A stretch of 64,000 nt of DNA from Patellaria atrata CBS 101060 (Eukaryota): assembly GCA_010093705.1 (NCBI GenBank), contig MU006114.1:186001-250000 (forward strand). Reading direction: 5' to 3'. A model generated the notes under the pieces. That model was not told the DNA's origin. It saw only the letters and a list, made by a program, of their open reading frames with translations, and made no database searches. A program made the translations under genes and the position numbers. The first letter of the stretch is position 1, and each line of letters begins with the position of its first letter. Shown here one piece after another: positions 50,467 to 61,708 of this stretch.

Positions 50467-52994
50467 CTACCCCTTCAACCCCCCCTCATACCCCCCCCTG
50501 GCGACCCTAAACCCAAAACTCACCGCAACCGCGACAAACAGTCCCACACAAAGCACGCTCGGACCCCACCAATCATGATACGTGACCGCCCTCCTGGCCC
50601 TAATCTTGCCCACGCGCCACAAATACAATCCCATACTGTACCCCAGAGCGGCACACGCGAGCCCGGTAAACGCCCATGCCGAATACACCGCGACGCCGTC
50701 GCCGAAATTCAACAAAGTGGCGGCGATGGAGCCGAGGATGATGGAGAACTCGAGCCAGGAGAGGAAGGTGCGTTCGGTGGCGAAGAAGACTTTCGGCTCG
50801 ACGCGGACGGGGACGTGGATTCTTTTCCCGCGGGGGGCGCGGAAGCGGCGGGTTTGCGGGAGGTCCTTTGGGACACCCATGGAGGGGCCGGTGGAGGGCA
50901 TGGGGGTGGGTTTGGGGGTGGGTGTTGCGCGTTTGAAAAAGGTTGCGGTTTGGGAGATATGGTGGATGAGGAGGGCGCGGGCGCGGGACCAGCGGCCGGC
51001 GCGTTTGGTGGATTCGAGGTCGTCTTCGGAGGCATCTTCGTCTTCGGAGTCGTAAAGGGGGTAGTCGTCTTCGTTGGGGGCGGAGGCCGCGATGCGTTCT
51101 TCGATGTCGAGGGTGTTGCCGTTGGCGGTGGCGGTGCCGTAGTCGCGCTGTTGATCCATGTCGTGCTGTTCCATCGCGTCCCTGGCTGCTCTCAGGCGTC
51201 GTAGATCCTCGTTTTCCTCTTCTCCTTCTGGCGCTGGGGGTAGGAGTTCCAGATCCTCGTCGTCTGAATCTTCTAGATTTGCGCTGGTGCTTACATCCGC
51301 GCTCTGTCCTGGTCTCTCGATACCGAAGCGATGTGTAATTGGTTTTCTTATGTCGACGTCCATTTGCGGCATCCAGAATGGGAGCAGATGGATACGAGTA
51401 GGGTTGAGCGTTGCGGTGCCATGAATGAATTTGCTGAACTTAGGGACCGCTTCGACGAGATGCGAGGCGGTGAGCTCGCGGATCCATTCAGGAGGCTGCT
51501 GACCAGCTTGCGTTTGAAGCTTTACTTCGAGTACCGCGTAGGGAAAGCGCTCGCCGTCTTCAGGCGGGAGCTGGGGGAAGGGATAGTCGATACCGATGTC
51601 CATGCGTCGCCAGTTGTTGCCCGCCCGTTGACGGCCGTCGAGATTGTCTTCGCGGACCATTGTTAGTTCCGTGTCTAGAGATATGCGGACGCGAGCATCT
51701 CCTGGCAGCTGAAAAGCTGTCCTGTTGTAGAATGATCGGGTTACTGGTACTAGTTTCCTAGTGAGTACCCTGTATTGGATCTCTCTGGCAAGTTGTTCAA
51801 GGTCGGCAATCTCCTTCTCGCCCTTCTTTCCGTCTTTGCGCATTTTCTCGAATGCTTGCTCGACGGTATATTTCCCGGACATGAAAGCATTCACATTTTT
51901 CTCTTTCAGCGAGAATCTAGCTTTGACCGATTTCTCTCCTGTCCAGTCTTCTCGATGGGTTTTACGTTCGACGAAGATAGTATCCGTTTCCATGCCACCA
52001 TACCAACGTAGGCGTATGGCTTCCGCACCCTCAGTCTTCTTAAGACGACCGGTATATAATTCCCATGTGTCTATATTATCATAATATATGGATGAGATGG
52101 CAGAATCCTTTGGGTCGAACTCCTTGCTCGCATTAAACACTAAGACAGGAAGATGCTGCCGTACTAGTCAGTAAATGGGTATCCAAGGCGAGGGTACCTC
52201 CTACCTTGAGAATGATAAGCTTCAATTCCGTAATGTTATCCGGATGTACCCAATACTTCGTAGTCTGACGAACGAAGTTCTGCTGTCCTCCTCCAGCAGA
52301 GGAATCACCCTTTGTCGGATTACCCCTAGTCCTTACGAGATCGTAAAGTTTCGACAACTTAACAATGAAGGCATCATAATTATCCTTAAAGAAAGGTTTC
52401 GCCTTCAATCTTGCAGCAAAGACAGGCTTGAGGTGCCATTCCGTCTGCTTATCATGCTTCTTGATGATCTTCTGAAAGCCCGTATAATTCAACTGTGTGA
52501 ACTTTGCCAGATCATGCACATCTGCAATGATATCGCTCAAGTCCTCCTCAAGCAACATGAAATCCTCTTCTGTGGGAACATCAGCTTGTCCTCTCCTCGC
52601 TTCACTCTCGGCCTGCGGCTCAGCCTTCGCGATGACCTCTTGAACCTCTTTCTCAGAAGCCTTTATGCGCCTCACGATCTCCTCGCTCTTGACTTTCTGA
52701 AAGGTAAATACTTTGTCCAATTCAGCCTCCAGGTCTTTGACGAACTTCTGTTCGTACTCCTCCGTCCATGGCTTTCGCTGTGGCTTCGGGTTATCCGGAG
52801 TAGGCTCGGTCTCGTAGGGTGTCTTGAGGCTCTCTTTCAGGTCATCGTAGGATATATAGTAGTAATACCAATCTTTTATCAGAGACGTCCTAAGTTGCTG
52901 GCCAAACCTAGCGAGCGCAATTGGTGTTAGTCCATATCCGCATGATTACGTAGAGGGGTTTATAACGGGTAGAGGAAAGAAAGCGGTACCTCAT
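50467..52994 (-). CDS. VTC4: Vacuolar polyphosphate polymerase Vtc4 (exons 52994-52990, 52907-52205, 52155-50467)
   Basis: SPX domain (MRFG...[24 protein letters not shown]); VTC tunnel ([24 protein letters not shown]); three C-terminal TM helices after [15 protein letters not shown]. Confidence 0.97.
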
Positions 52995-53786
52995 GATGAA
53001 CGCGACGGGAGCTCTTTCAAGCACCAATTGACGCTATGGAAGGATAAAAAAGCGAAAGGAAGCTTCAGACATGAGAGACGAATACTGAGGTAGTTATACA
53101 GTAATCAAGATTTACTACAAAGAAGCCAAGTTCTCTAAGGTGATGTGAAGAGAAGGTAGACTCCAGGTGATAAGTGATACGTTGTTTCCCGGCGGTGATG
53201 CGTGGGGCTTTGCGAACAGAACATGTGCGGAGCATTTTGGCGAATGGGAAGCTCGAAGTGAGGCAACGTGCTCTCCTGCCCTTTTGGACTTGCATGCCAC
53301 CTCCCTTTGACCTTTTGTCCATAACAATCGATGTCGTGAAGAAGTTCATATTTTAGAAGATGTGAATGAAGAAAAGCAAAATTGTAAACTGGAAGTGATT
53401 GTGCAGCCGAACACTACACTCAAAGCAGGCATGAATTAGTAATGACATCAACCCAACGGAACGGCTTTAAAGAGAGAGACATCATAAGCTCCGGTTATGC
53501 AGGATTTTGGATTTTTCAGCAAAAGTCATAGGATCATTTCCTCTCACGCCCTATAAGGTAGAGGATTGACACGAAATGCATGTACTGTACAGTATGATAT
53601 TACTGTTGGAAGTACCATACACAACATGCAACCCCTGAATTCCCTTGAACTTGGTTTCAAAGCATATTATTAATATACAAGAATATAAAGCAGGAAGCAG
53701 ACTATGCTTAGGTTTTCCTCTCGCAACAGTGAACAAGTTCCTTGAACAGTTCTACCATCATACAATCCCTTCTAGACCCTTTCCCA

Positions 53787-54926
53787 ATGGCCCCTATCCG
53801 TGTCGGTTTCATAGGAGCTTCGGTGAACAGCTGGGCAGCTCGAGCACACATCCCTTATCTCAAGAACACCTCCAAATATAAAGTGGTTGCCCTTCTTAAC
53901 ACAAGTGTTGAGGCAGCTCATAAGGCAATCGAACACTTTCAGTTTCCCTCCACCACCAAGGCATACGGGGATCCCAAAGACCTAGCAAACGATCCAGATG
54001 TAGACCTAGTCGTCTGCAGCGTCCGCGTCGATCGACATTATGAGACCATCTTGCCAGCACTCCAAGCAGGCAAAGATGTTTTCTGTGAATGGCCTTTGGG
54101 AAAGAACATATCCGAGTCGGAAGAATTGAGTGCTCTAGCTAAGAAAAAAGGAGTAAAAACAATGATTGGACTACAAGGAGAGGCCTCGCTGTCCCTGAAC
54201 AAAATCAAGGAACTGATTCAGGGTGGAGCAATTGGGAAGGTTTTCAGCACCACTGTTGTTGCAGTCGCTGCGGGATGGGGCCCAAATGGTAGGGTAGGAT
54301 ATGAGTATCTGAATGATATTGAGATTGGGGGCACCATGGTTTCCATCGCCTGGGGACATCGTAAGTTCTCTCACCCAATAATTAAAATCTCGAGCATGGA
54401 TTGATTGACACTTGAAGTCATGGATGTGGTACTGTACGTTCTCGGCGACGGAAAAGAATTGAACTCCATTCTTGACAGGAATCGTACGGAAATCCCAATG
54501 CTCGATTCTGAAAACAAGCATGTGGCCACCATGAAGCGCACAACACATGATCAGATCATGGTGCAGGGCCGTCTTGAATCTGGCGCTCTCCTTTCTTACC
54601 ATCTTCGCGGTGGCAATTCGTTCCCTGGGACACCGGTTTTTGACTGGCGTATCTACGGTGAGAAAGGAGAAATAAGGCTCACGGCGAGTACTTCCATGGT
54701 CCAGGTTATCTCAGATGATGTTGTTGTTCAGCTCCACAAGTTTGGGGGTGGCGAGGCCGAAACGGTCGACTTTAAGGATGATACGTCTGGTTTGTTCCCT
54801 GAGGGTACAGGGAGATTGTATGAAGCATTTGCGAGCGGGAAGAAGGAAAGTTATCCCGATTGGGACTTGGCTATGAAACGGCACAGAATGATTGACAACA
54901 TGTATAATCAGAGACCATTTAAATGA
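53787..54926 (+). CDS. Gfo/Idh/MocA-family NAD(P)-dependent oxidoreductase, Gal80-like (exons 53787-54360, 54418-54926)
   Basis: MAPIRVGFIGAS Rossmann start, DPDVDLVV, GKDVFCEWPLG, GEKGEI. Confidence 0.9.
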
Positions 54927-55351
54927 AGCTACTTATAACAATATAGGCAATTGAGATAATGAGATGTTTAAGAGTACTCAATCCCTTGGGTAGAGGAAAA
55001 TTAAAGGTTCTCACAGACTTCGTCACGATAAGAAATTGCACAAGAACTTATCAAATCCATGACTTTCAATGAAATTGACTGAACGACAACTGAGATATGA
55101 TGACGAGGTAGATTTGTACGGATAGCGCGGACACCTCATAATGTGCCCCTCGCTACATGCCCCACATACGGCGTCAGTGAAGTATATAGAGCTCCAACAG
55201 AGCAAGTTCTCGAGCATAGCCATAGAGCTAAAGTGACTTCCAAGTTGTCAATTGCTATTTCAGAATTCTCCCTTCTTAGAATCAGGAAAGTATCTAGGCA
55301 CTAGCCAATACTTGATCATTGTTCTCCTTCGAAACTCGAACTTTAGCAAAT

Positions 55352-56525
55352 ATGCCCAACCGCGTCCTAATATCAGCAGAAGGCGATCATTTCGACTACA
55401 CCGCCCTAGAAGAATGGCAGGATGAAGGTGATTATCGAGTTTCTCATCGTAGAAAACTCCTATTGACCTCGCAATCGCTAGGCTTCGAAGTGACATACGT
55501 TCCCAACAACGAGAACCTCAAAGCCTACACCTTCGCCATCGAAAGTCTAGCAGACGAGCTCGAAGACGGTGAAACATACGCCATCATCGCCTTCGGCGAA
55601 GCCGCAACATCCTGTCTCTCCGCACTCGAATACGGGATGCCCAAACTAGGGGCATTGATCGCATATTATCCGTCGTCAACTTCAACCATAGCCAAACGCC
55701 TGGCTCATACGCATGTCATTGTGCATATAGCTGGTGAACAGGGGTTTGGAGTTAGCGAACAAAGTTACAGATATGAGGGTACCAGAGTCGGATTTGCTGA
55801 ACGTGGGAGTGGGGTGTGGGACAAAGTAGCCTCGTCCCTGGCCTGGAGCCGGACGTTGCGTGTGTTAAAGAGAGCTTTCAATGTACATCCGCAAGAGCAA
55901 CTGGAAAGGGTTTGGGATGAACACACTGAACGTAAGTGATATACCCCAGTTTATGATGTTGAAAGTATGATTCGGTTCGTTTAAGACTTAAGTAGTTGAG
56001 TTTGCGACCAAAGATGCTGGGGCAACCATCGAGACGATGGGCCCTAACCCATATGTCAATCACGTCCCTACCATGACAGGGGGTATCGGTAAAAAGGACT
56101 TATACCGCTTCTATCAGGAGTACTTCGTACCTTCAAACCCTCCATCTTTTAAGATGGCCCTGATATCTAGAACCACTGGGGTAGATCGAGTTGTTGATGA
56201 GTTTATCATCAAGTTTAGACATACGTGTGAGATGCCATGGATATTACCAGGTGTAGCACCTACCGACAAGGAAGTCGAGGTAGCTTTCGTGAGTGTGGTA
56301 TGCATACGTGGAGGTAAAGTATTCCATGAGCACATTTATTGGGATCAAGCCACCGTGCTATTCCAGATAGGACTTCTAAATCCAAACCTGGTGCCGTCTG
56401 AGATGAAGGCGAAAGGTACCAAGCGGATGCCCGTCGTAGGTGCGGAAGGTGCAAGAAAAGTCCTTGACGAGAAAAGTGAGGACAGTAACGAACTAATCGA
56501 AGACTGGTGGAATCCGGACGGTTGA
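55352..56525 (+). CDS. Dienelactone-hydrolase-like + SnoaL/NTF2-like protein (exons 55352-55427, 55482-55931, 55996-56525)
   Basis: LIAYYP, ASSLAWSRTL, PYVNHVPTMTGGIG, DRVVDE, HEHIYWDQATVL. Confidence 0.85.
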
Positions 56526-56531
56526 ATTAAA

Positions 56532-57843
56532 TCAACCGATAAAACGGCACGTAGGTAACTTGTATTTTGACAAAGTCCAGTAGCGGCGTCGTACACCATC
56601 CCACTCTCCGGTCCGATCGAGATCAGGTATGTCGATAGTCTCCCACTCCGTGTCGAAACCCGCTTGAAAGAGATCCATTTCTGATATCTAGAAGGGATCA
56701 GTCGCTGGGAGTCGCGCATGGAGCATACATGTTACTCACCTTGCCATAGACATCGTAGCACACTTGTCTATCAGCACCTAGTCCGTTGAAGAAAGCAAAG
56801 ACACCTCCATTGCCATCACTTCCTCCTGCTGGATCCAGTAACCCAATCACATACTCGGAGAAGAAGTCTTTAAGGGCAGTATAGTCCTCCGCGAATGTAT
56901 CGAAGTAGATAGCATCAAACATCGTATTACTATCCACCAGTATAGGAACAACGTCTTGCCACCGTCCTTCGTGGATCACAACGCCAGGTTTATCGTGCCA
57001 ATTTTCTCTGCGCATCTGGTCTAGAACGGAAGGGTGAGCTTCGATGATGTGATGAGAGGCGGGATTTTTCTCTTGGAAAATTGTATCGATGATCCCCATA
57101 CCGTGTCCAACATTGAGCACCCGTAAATTTGGAGCAGGTAGAATAAGCTCAGCAGTACGCTGCATGATGTCCTTCTCCCAAGCCATCATCACCCCATTGC
57201 TCTCATCATCAAGAAGTTTATCTTCCGTAAACGTCAGACCAGATCTCAAGTAATCCGCGCTGTTGACATCTGCGGTATTGTCCGTGGCCAGTTGCCCATC
57301 CTGAGGGGACCTCGCATCCTCTTCAACACCCCCATTAATCCCCCCATATTCCTCATCGTCATCCTCCTCTTCCTCCTCCGACTCCCCACCCGCAAGAACC
57401 TGATACTCCCCCAACCTACTGAACAACAACTCCGCCCTAACCCCCGCCTCAACAACCATCCCATAAATCTCCTCTAACCCCAACCTCCTCGCTACACACC
57501 CGGGCGTCTCTCCCTTCCCATCCAACTCGTTCCAAATAGCGCCATTCCGGAACAGCAGCCTCACGATCTCCGCCGCGTCCTCCAGTTCCTCTTTTCGGTA
57601 CGTGTGGCTGTTCACCCCATCAGACGTGCCATTCGGGGGATTGGAAGGCGTGGAGGGCGTGGCTGGGGTCGAGGACTCGAAAGACGCGATACAGGCGTGC
57701 AGGGGCGTGATGCCGGTCTCCGGATCGCGGACTTTGGCGGGGACGGTGAGGAGGAGGCTGCGCACGGCGGGGAGGTCGTGGGTTGAGGCGGCGAGGATGA
57801 GGGATTGCACGAGGAGTGAGGGGTCGGATGAGGTGGCTTCCAT
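56532..57843 (-). CDS. RMT2: Protein arginine N-methyltransferase 2, ankyrin-like N-terminus + GAMT-like domain (exons 57843-56740, 56687-56532)
   Basis: TPLHAC, NGAIWN, GVMMAWE, VLNVGHGMGIID, IIEAHP, FDAIYFDTF, FFNGLGADR, RRRYW. Confidence 0.95.
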
Positions 57844-58261
57844 TATTTCGTGGAGGTTGTTGTGGGGATTGTGATGTTCAGGAAATAGAGAAGTGGTAGA
57901 ACTTTTAGAATTTTTATAATTTTTAAGTCGTAGACGAGGGGGTGACATCAGACTTCAAATGTGGAAGGGGGAAAATTACGGTACAGTATACTGCCGCGAA
58001 ACATAAAAAGAGGAGTGTTTTGGGATACTCTAATTACCGTATTTGAGGTGACTTTAGGTTTATGTTGAATTCCAATTTTCTTTTTCTGAAGTCATTTTGT
58101 TATGAGGGTTAAACTGTGCCGTTAATCTTACTTAAATGTGTGAGAGTCCTTAAGGGGGACTTTGTAAAACGTCTACATCGTGATCCACTGATATGGGGTA
58201 TACTCTATTGGTCATGATCGGACATTAGATTGTAGACTAAAAAGCATTATGCTACTGTATC

Positions 58262-60516
58262 TCAAAAAGCAAACCGCTCTTCCCCCTTCTTAACCAACCG
58301 CAGCGGAACCTTGCCTGCCGACATCTTAATAGTAATCGCAGTCCTCATGCCGTGTGCAAACAGCCAATCCGCACGATCCTTCGCCTTCTCCCAAACTTGT
58401 CTTCTCGCCTCTTCTGACATCCTCTCCACCTCCTCATCCGTCGCCCATTCCCCAACATCCAGCTCTACACTCCATGTCCGAAAGATGTACGCCAACACCG
58501 CACAAAGTTCCACCTGTGCAAACCTCCTCCCCAAACACGACCTGAATCCCTCACTGAAAGGAATAAAAGCCCCCCTCGGAGGTGTGTATAGCGATGATGG
58601 TGTATGACTACTAGCAGGACCACCAATACCCTCGGTATCCGCATCTTCTGGTCCATTCGAGTGGTCGTGGGACGCTCCATCAACTGCGCCTGGCAGCCAC
58701 CTCTCCGGCCTGAATTCATTGAGGTCGTTTTCATGTAGTTTCCCATCGGGGTCGCGCCACGCGGGCCAGTATCTGGGACTTCGCTGGACAGCTACGGAGT
58801 TCAGAGTTACGTAGGTACTGGCTGGTACAACGACCCTCTTGCCGCTAATGGTAAGCGGTTGTAGCTGCGATGAAGTCTTCTTCGGTATTCCGATGACAGG
58901 AGGGATCAGTCGGAGAATTTCGTTCATCACTGCGCCGGGCATGCCTCCAAAGAGCTTGGTGAAGTCTTTGTCGTAGTCCCAATCGTTGGCTGGCCGATCA
59001 CCGAGTATATCCTCGAGCTCCTTTTGGAGTCGCTTTTGACTGTCTGGGCACATAGCGAGGTAGATGAGTGAGTAGTGGAGCGTGTTCGCTGTTGTTTCAT
59101 GTCCTGCGAGGAGGAAGACAAAGGCGTTGGAGAAGATTTCACCATCTGTTAGAAGTTGTTTGGATTTTTTTTCTTCCCCATTATCTGGACCAACGGTAAC
59201 TCCGGCGCCCTTGACGATGGCACCTGCAAGATCATTGTCAACAATTGTTACTAGAGCATGATTTCTAGGAAAGCAAGTATGTATTCCGGGGAGGATAGGA
59301 AGCAGGTGAAAATGAGAATGAAGAAAAATGTATGACTTGAGGAAGGTGATATACAGTTTAATCTGATACTGGGATAATGCAGCATCGCAAGACAAGGGGT
59401 ATCGATACTGGACTTAATATGTGATTAATCATAGAGCACCTACCGAAAAGATCTAAACCTTCTGTCTGAATACCAAGCCGAATGTCTTGTTTACTCTTTT
59501 CGAGCATTTCTTTCATGTACTTGAACCACTCCTTGTGTGCGCGGTACGCAACTTTGTGAGCCTTGAATGGCGAAATTGCTGACGGAGTATCAAATCAGCT
59601 GTTGAACATGCACATAGGTGCATATCATAATTACCTAGAAACCATTCAGGGAAAATCGCTACCCAAATCAATCGGTCTAATAGCTGACTGAGAGCATCAA
59701 TGAACGAAAAACTGTGTCCAGCGGGAAGCTCAGTATCCGCAAGGTTGATACGACCTTCCGTAGCATTTTTCTGTGCTTCTTCGTGCGGCCAAAGTAGACG
59801 CATACCGAAGCCAGCGCGACTGATGACGTATAAAGTCAACCTCATGCTGTCCGCACCTGGGTCACGGATAGCGAAATCCTCCAAATGCCACTTATCAAGC
59901 ATGGATTTAGCCTGCTGCACGCTCTCCTTAAACACGAGAAAGTTATTGCTCTCTGTGAAGGAAGGAGAAGTAATTTTTCGATGATGACGCCATACTGATC
60001 CCTCGGTGGTTACTACACTACTCCCGTATATATCAATGTTTCGATACATTTCAATCGGCTTTGGAAAGTCACTACGCCGTGAAGTGATTTGCGCGATAGC
60101 CTCCGCATCAGCTACAAAAAGCGTGTTGACGCGTGGTGTTACATGCATGAGGGCGTCCATCTCTAGCTTTTCGAAGGGAGAATAGCGCCCAGGCCAGCTC
60201 CAGTTCGGTTCTAGATAACTATTGAAGGGAAAAGTGAGATTAGTGAGTGTATCAACGTGTTGCTAGAATATCTCGCAAGGCGTTGGGCTACATACTACAA
60301 CCACGGAGACGTCCATGACTCGGGCAGTTTCTTTAGCAGAGGTAAGAGGAATCGCTGCGATGAGAACCAGAAAAGAGTGTAAACGTAAATAGGAACGATC
60401 ACATAAGGAATACCGGACTTTTTCGCATCCGCGAGATTTCGAGAGAACTGTCGATAACTGATGAAGAAATAGTAAGCGATGGAAGCCAAGGCCACCATCT
60501 GCCACAAAGAGATCAT
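58262..60516 (-). CDS. Cytochrome P450 monooxygenase (exons 60516-60296, 60218-59635, 59578-59444, 59223-58262)
   Basis: N-terminal membrane anchor; WRHHRK; AGHETTA (I-helix); EILR; FRPERW; heme motif FSEGFRSCLG. Confidence 0.95.
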
Positions 60517-61608
60517 GTTGGGTAAGGTAGGTGGGGAAGAATAGTATGAAAGTAAAAGATTCAGAATTCTCTTTTCACATTCATCGTACAATGATAAAGA
60601 CGAAAAAAATAAAATAGATGGCGTCTACCTTAGCAGACTTCTCAAGGTCAAACACGCTGTTCGCGAACCACAAGTTTATGACGACTAAAGAAACCCCTTG
60701 ACCGTTTTCGGTCTTCGATTGGCGATGAGCATCTTGCGGATCCCTCGCGTAGAAGGGTCTCGCATGATTGCTGCCCTCGTTTATGACGAGAATCGTTTCA
60801 TTCGTGCTTTACCGACCTCCTCTTCAACCTCTGACAGGACGAAAATAAGACAGAAATATATAAGCATCTCCCAACTTGATAAGTTGATTTGCATTTTGAT
60901 GGTGCTCGACCCTCAATTTTGCCTCGCGAGCTCTAAGCGAGGTGTGAGAGTCTTTATTACGATTTGCGAAGCGCGGTCACGTGCCAAACCGTACCTTTGT
61001 GGAAAATGCTGCTAAAAAGATGATTTGAGAGACTTTGGACTTGAGGATTGGCGTGAGACATGACGTTAAAAGGGAACGATGATAGACAACGGAATCGACA
61101 AAGGAACGAAGCCAATCCATCTTACCATAGGTAGCCTACTCCCTCGCAGTGCTTAGAACTACCTTACCTTAAACTCGGAAGCGAAGTGAAAGTGTTATAA
61201 GAAATTAATATCTATCCTGTCGTGTACCTGGCACGAAGGAGGAAACGCGAGAAAATCGTAAGCCGGCACAAGGCGAAGCACTTTCTTTAACGCCGGATGT
61301 TCGCTCAGATGAAAAGAAGACCAAAATTGACAGGAAAATCACGATTGTTACGGGAAATGTGATCTGCTTGCCCTGGATACAAGTTTATACTGTGAAGTGG
61401 TGACACCGTACGATTTCCCCGTAAGCTTCTGGGATACTTTATAAGATAGATCGGCATCGAGTTTATGTGCGGATTTCGCTCTTCCTTTTCGGTTACTACT
61501 GAGATTATGATCTTTTAAGATCATCTCACGCGCGGGATATACCTGGTCAGCGTGCATCTTATTGTATCGCGTCGATCTGTTGTGCACCCAGTGTCTGCTT
61601 TTTTTTTT

Positions 61609-61708
61609 NNNNNNNNNNNNNNNNNNNNNNNNNNNNNNNNNNNNNNNNNNNNNNNNNNNNNNNNNNNNNNNNNNNNNNNNNNNNNNNNNNNNNNNNNNNN
61701 NNNNNNNN
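61609..61708. other. Assembly gap (100 N)
   Basis: Run of N after a poly-T tract. Confidence 1.

Noticed and set aside
60295..60297. Premature TAG in P450 exon 1 (A-to-I editing candidate)
   Set aside because: The TAG is split by a consensus donor (TA|GTATGT); splicing gives TAT in frame.
53787..60516. Secondary-metabolite cluster (oxidoreductase, hydrolase-like, methyltransferase, P450)
   Set aside because: No PKS, NRPS or terpene synthase in the window, and RMT2 is a housekeeping gene.
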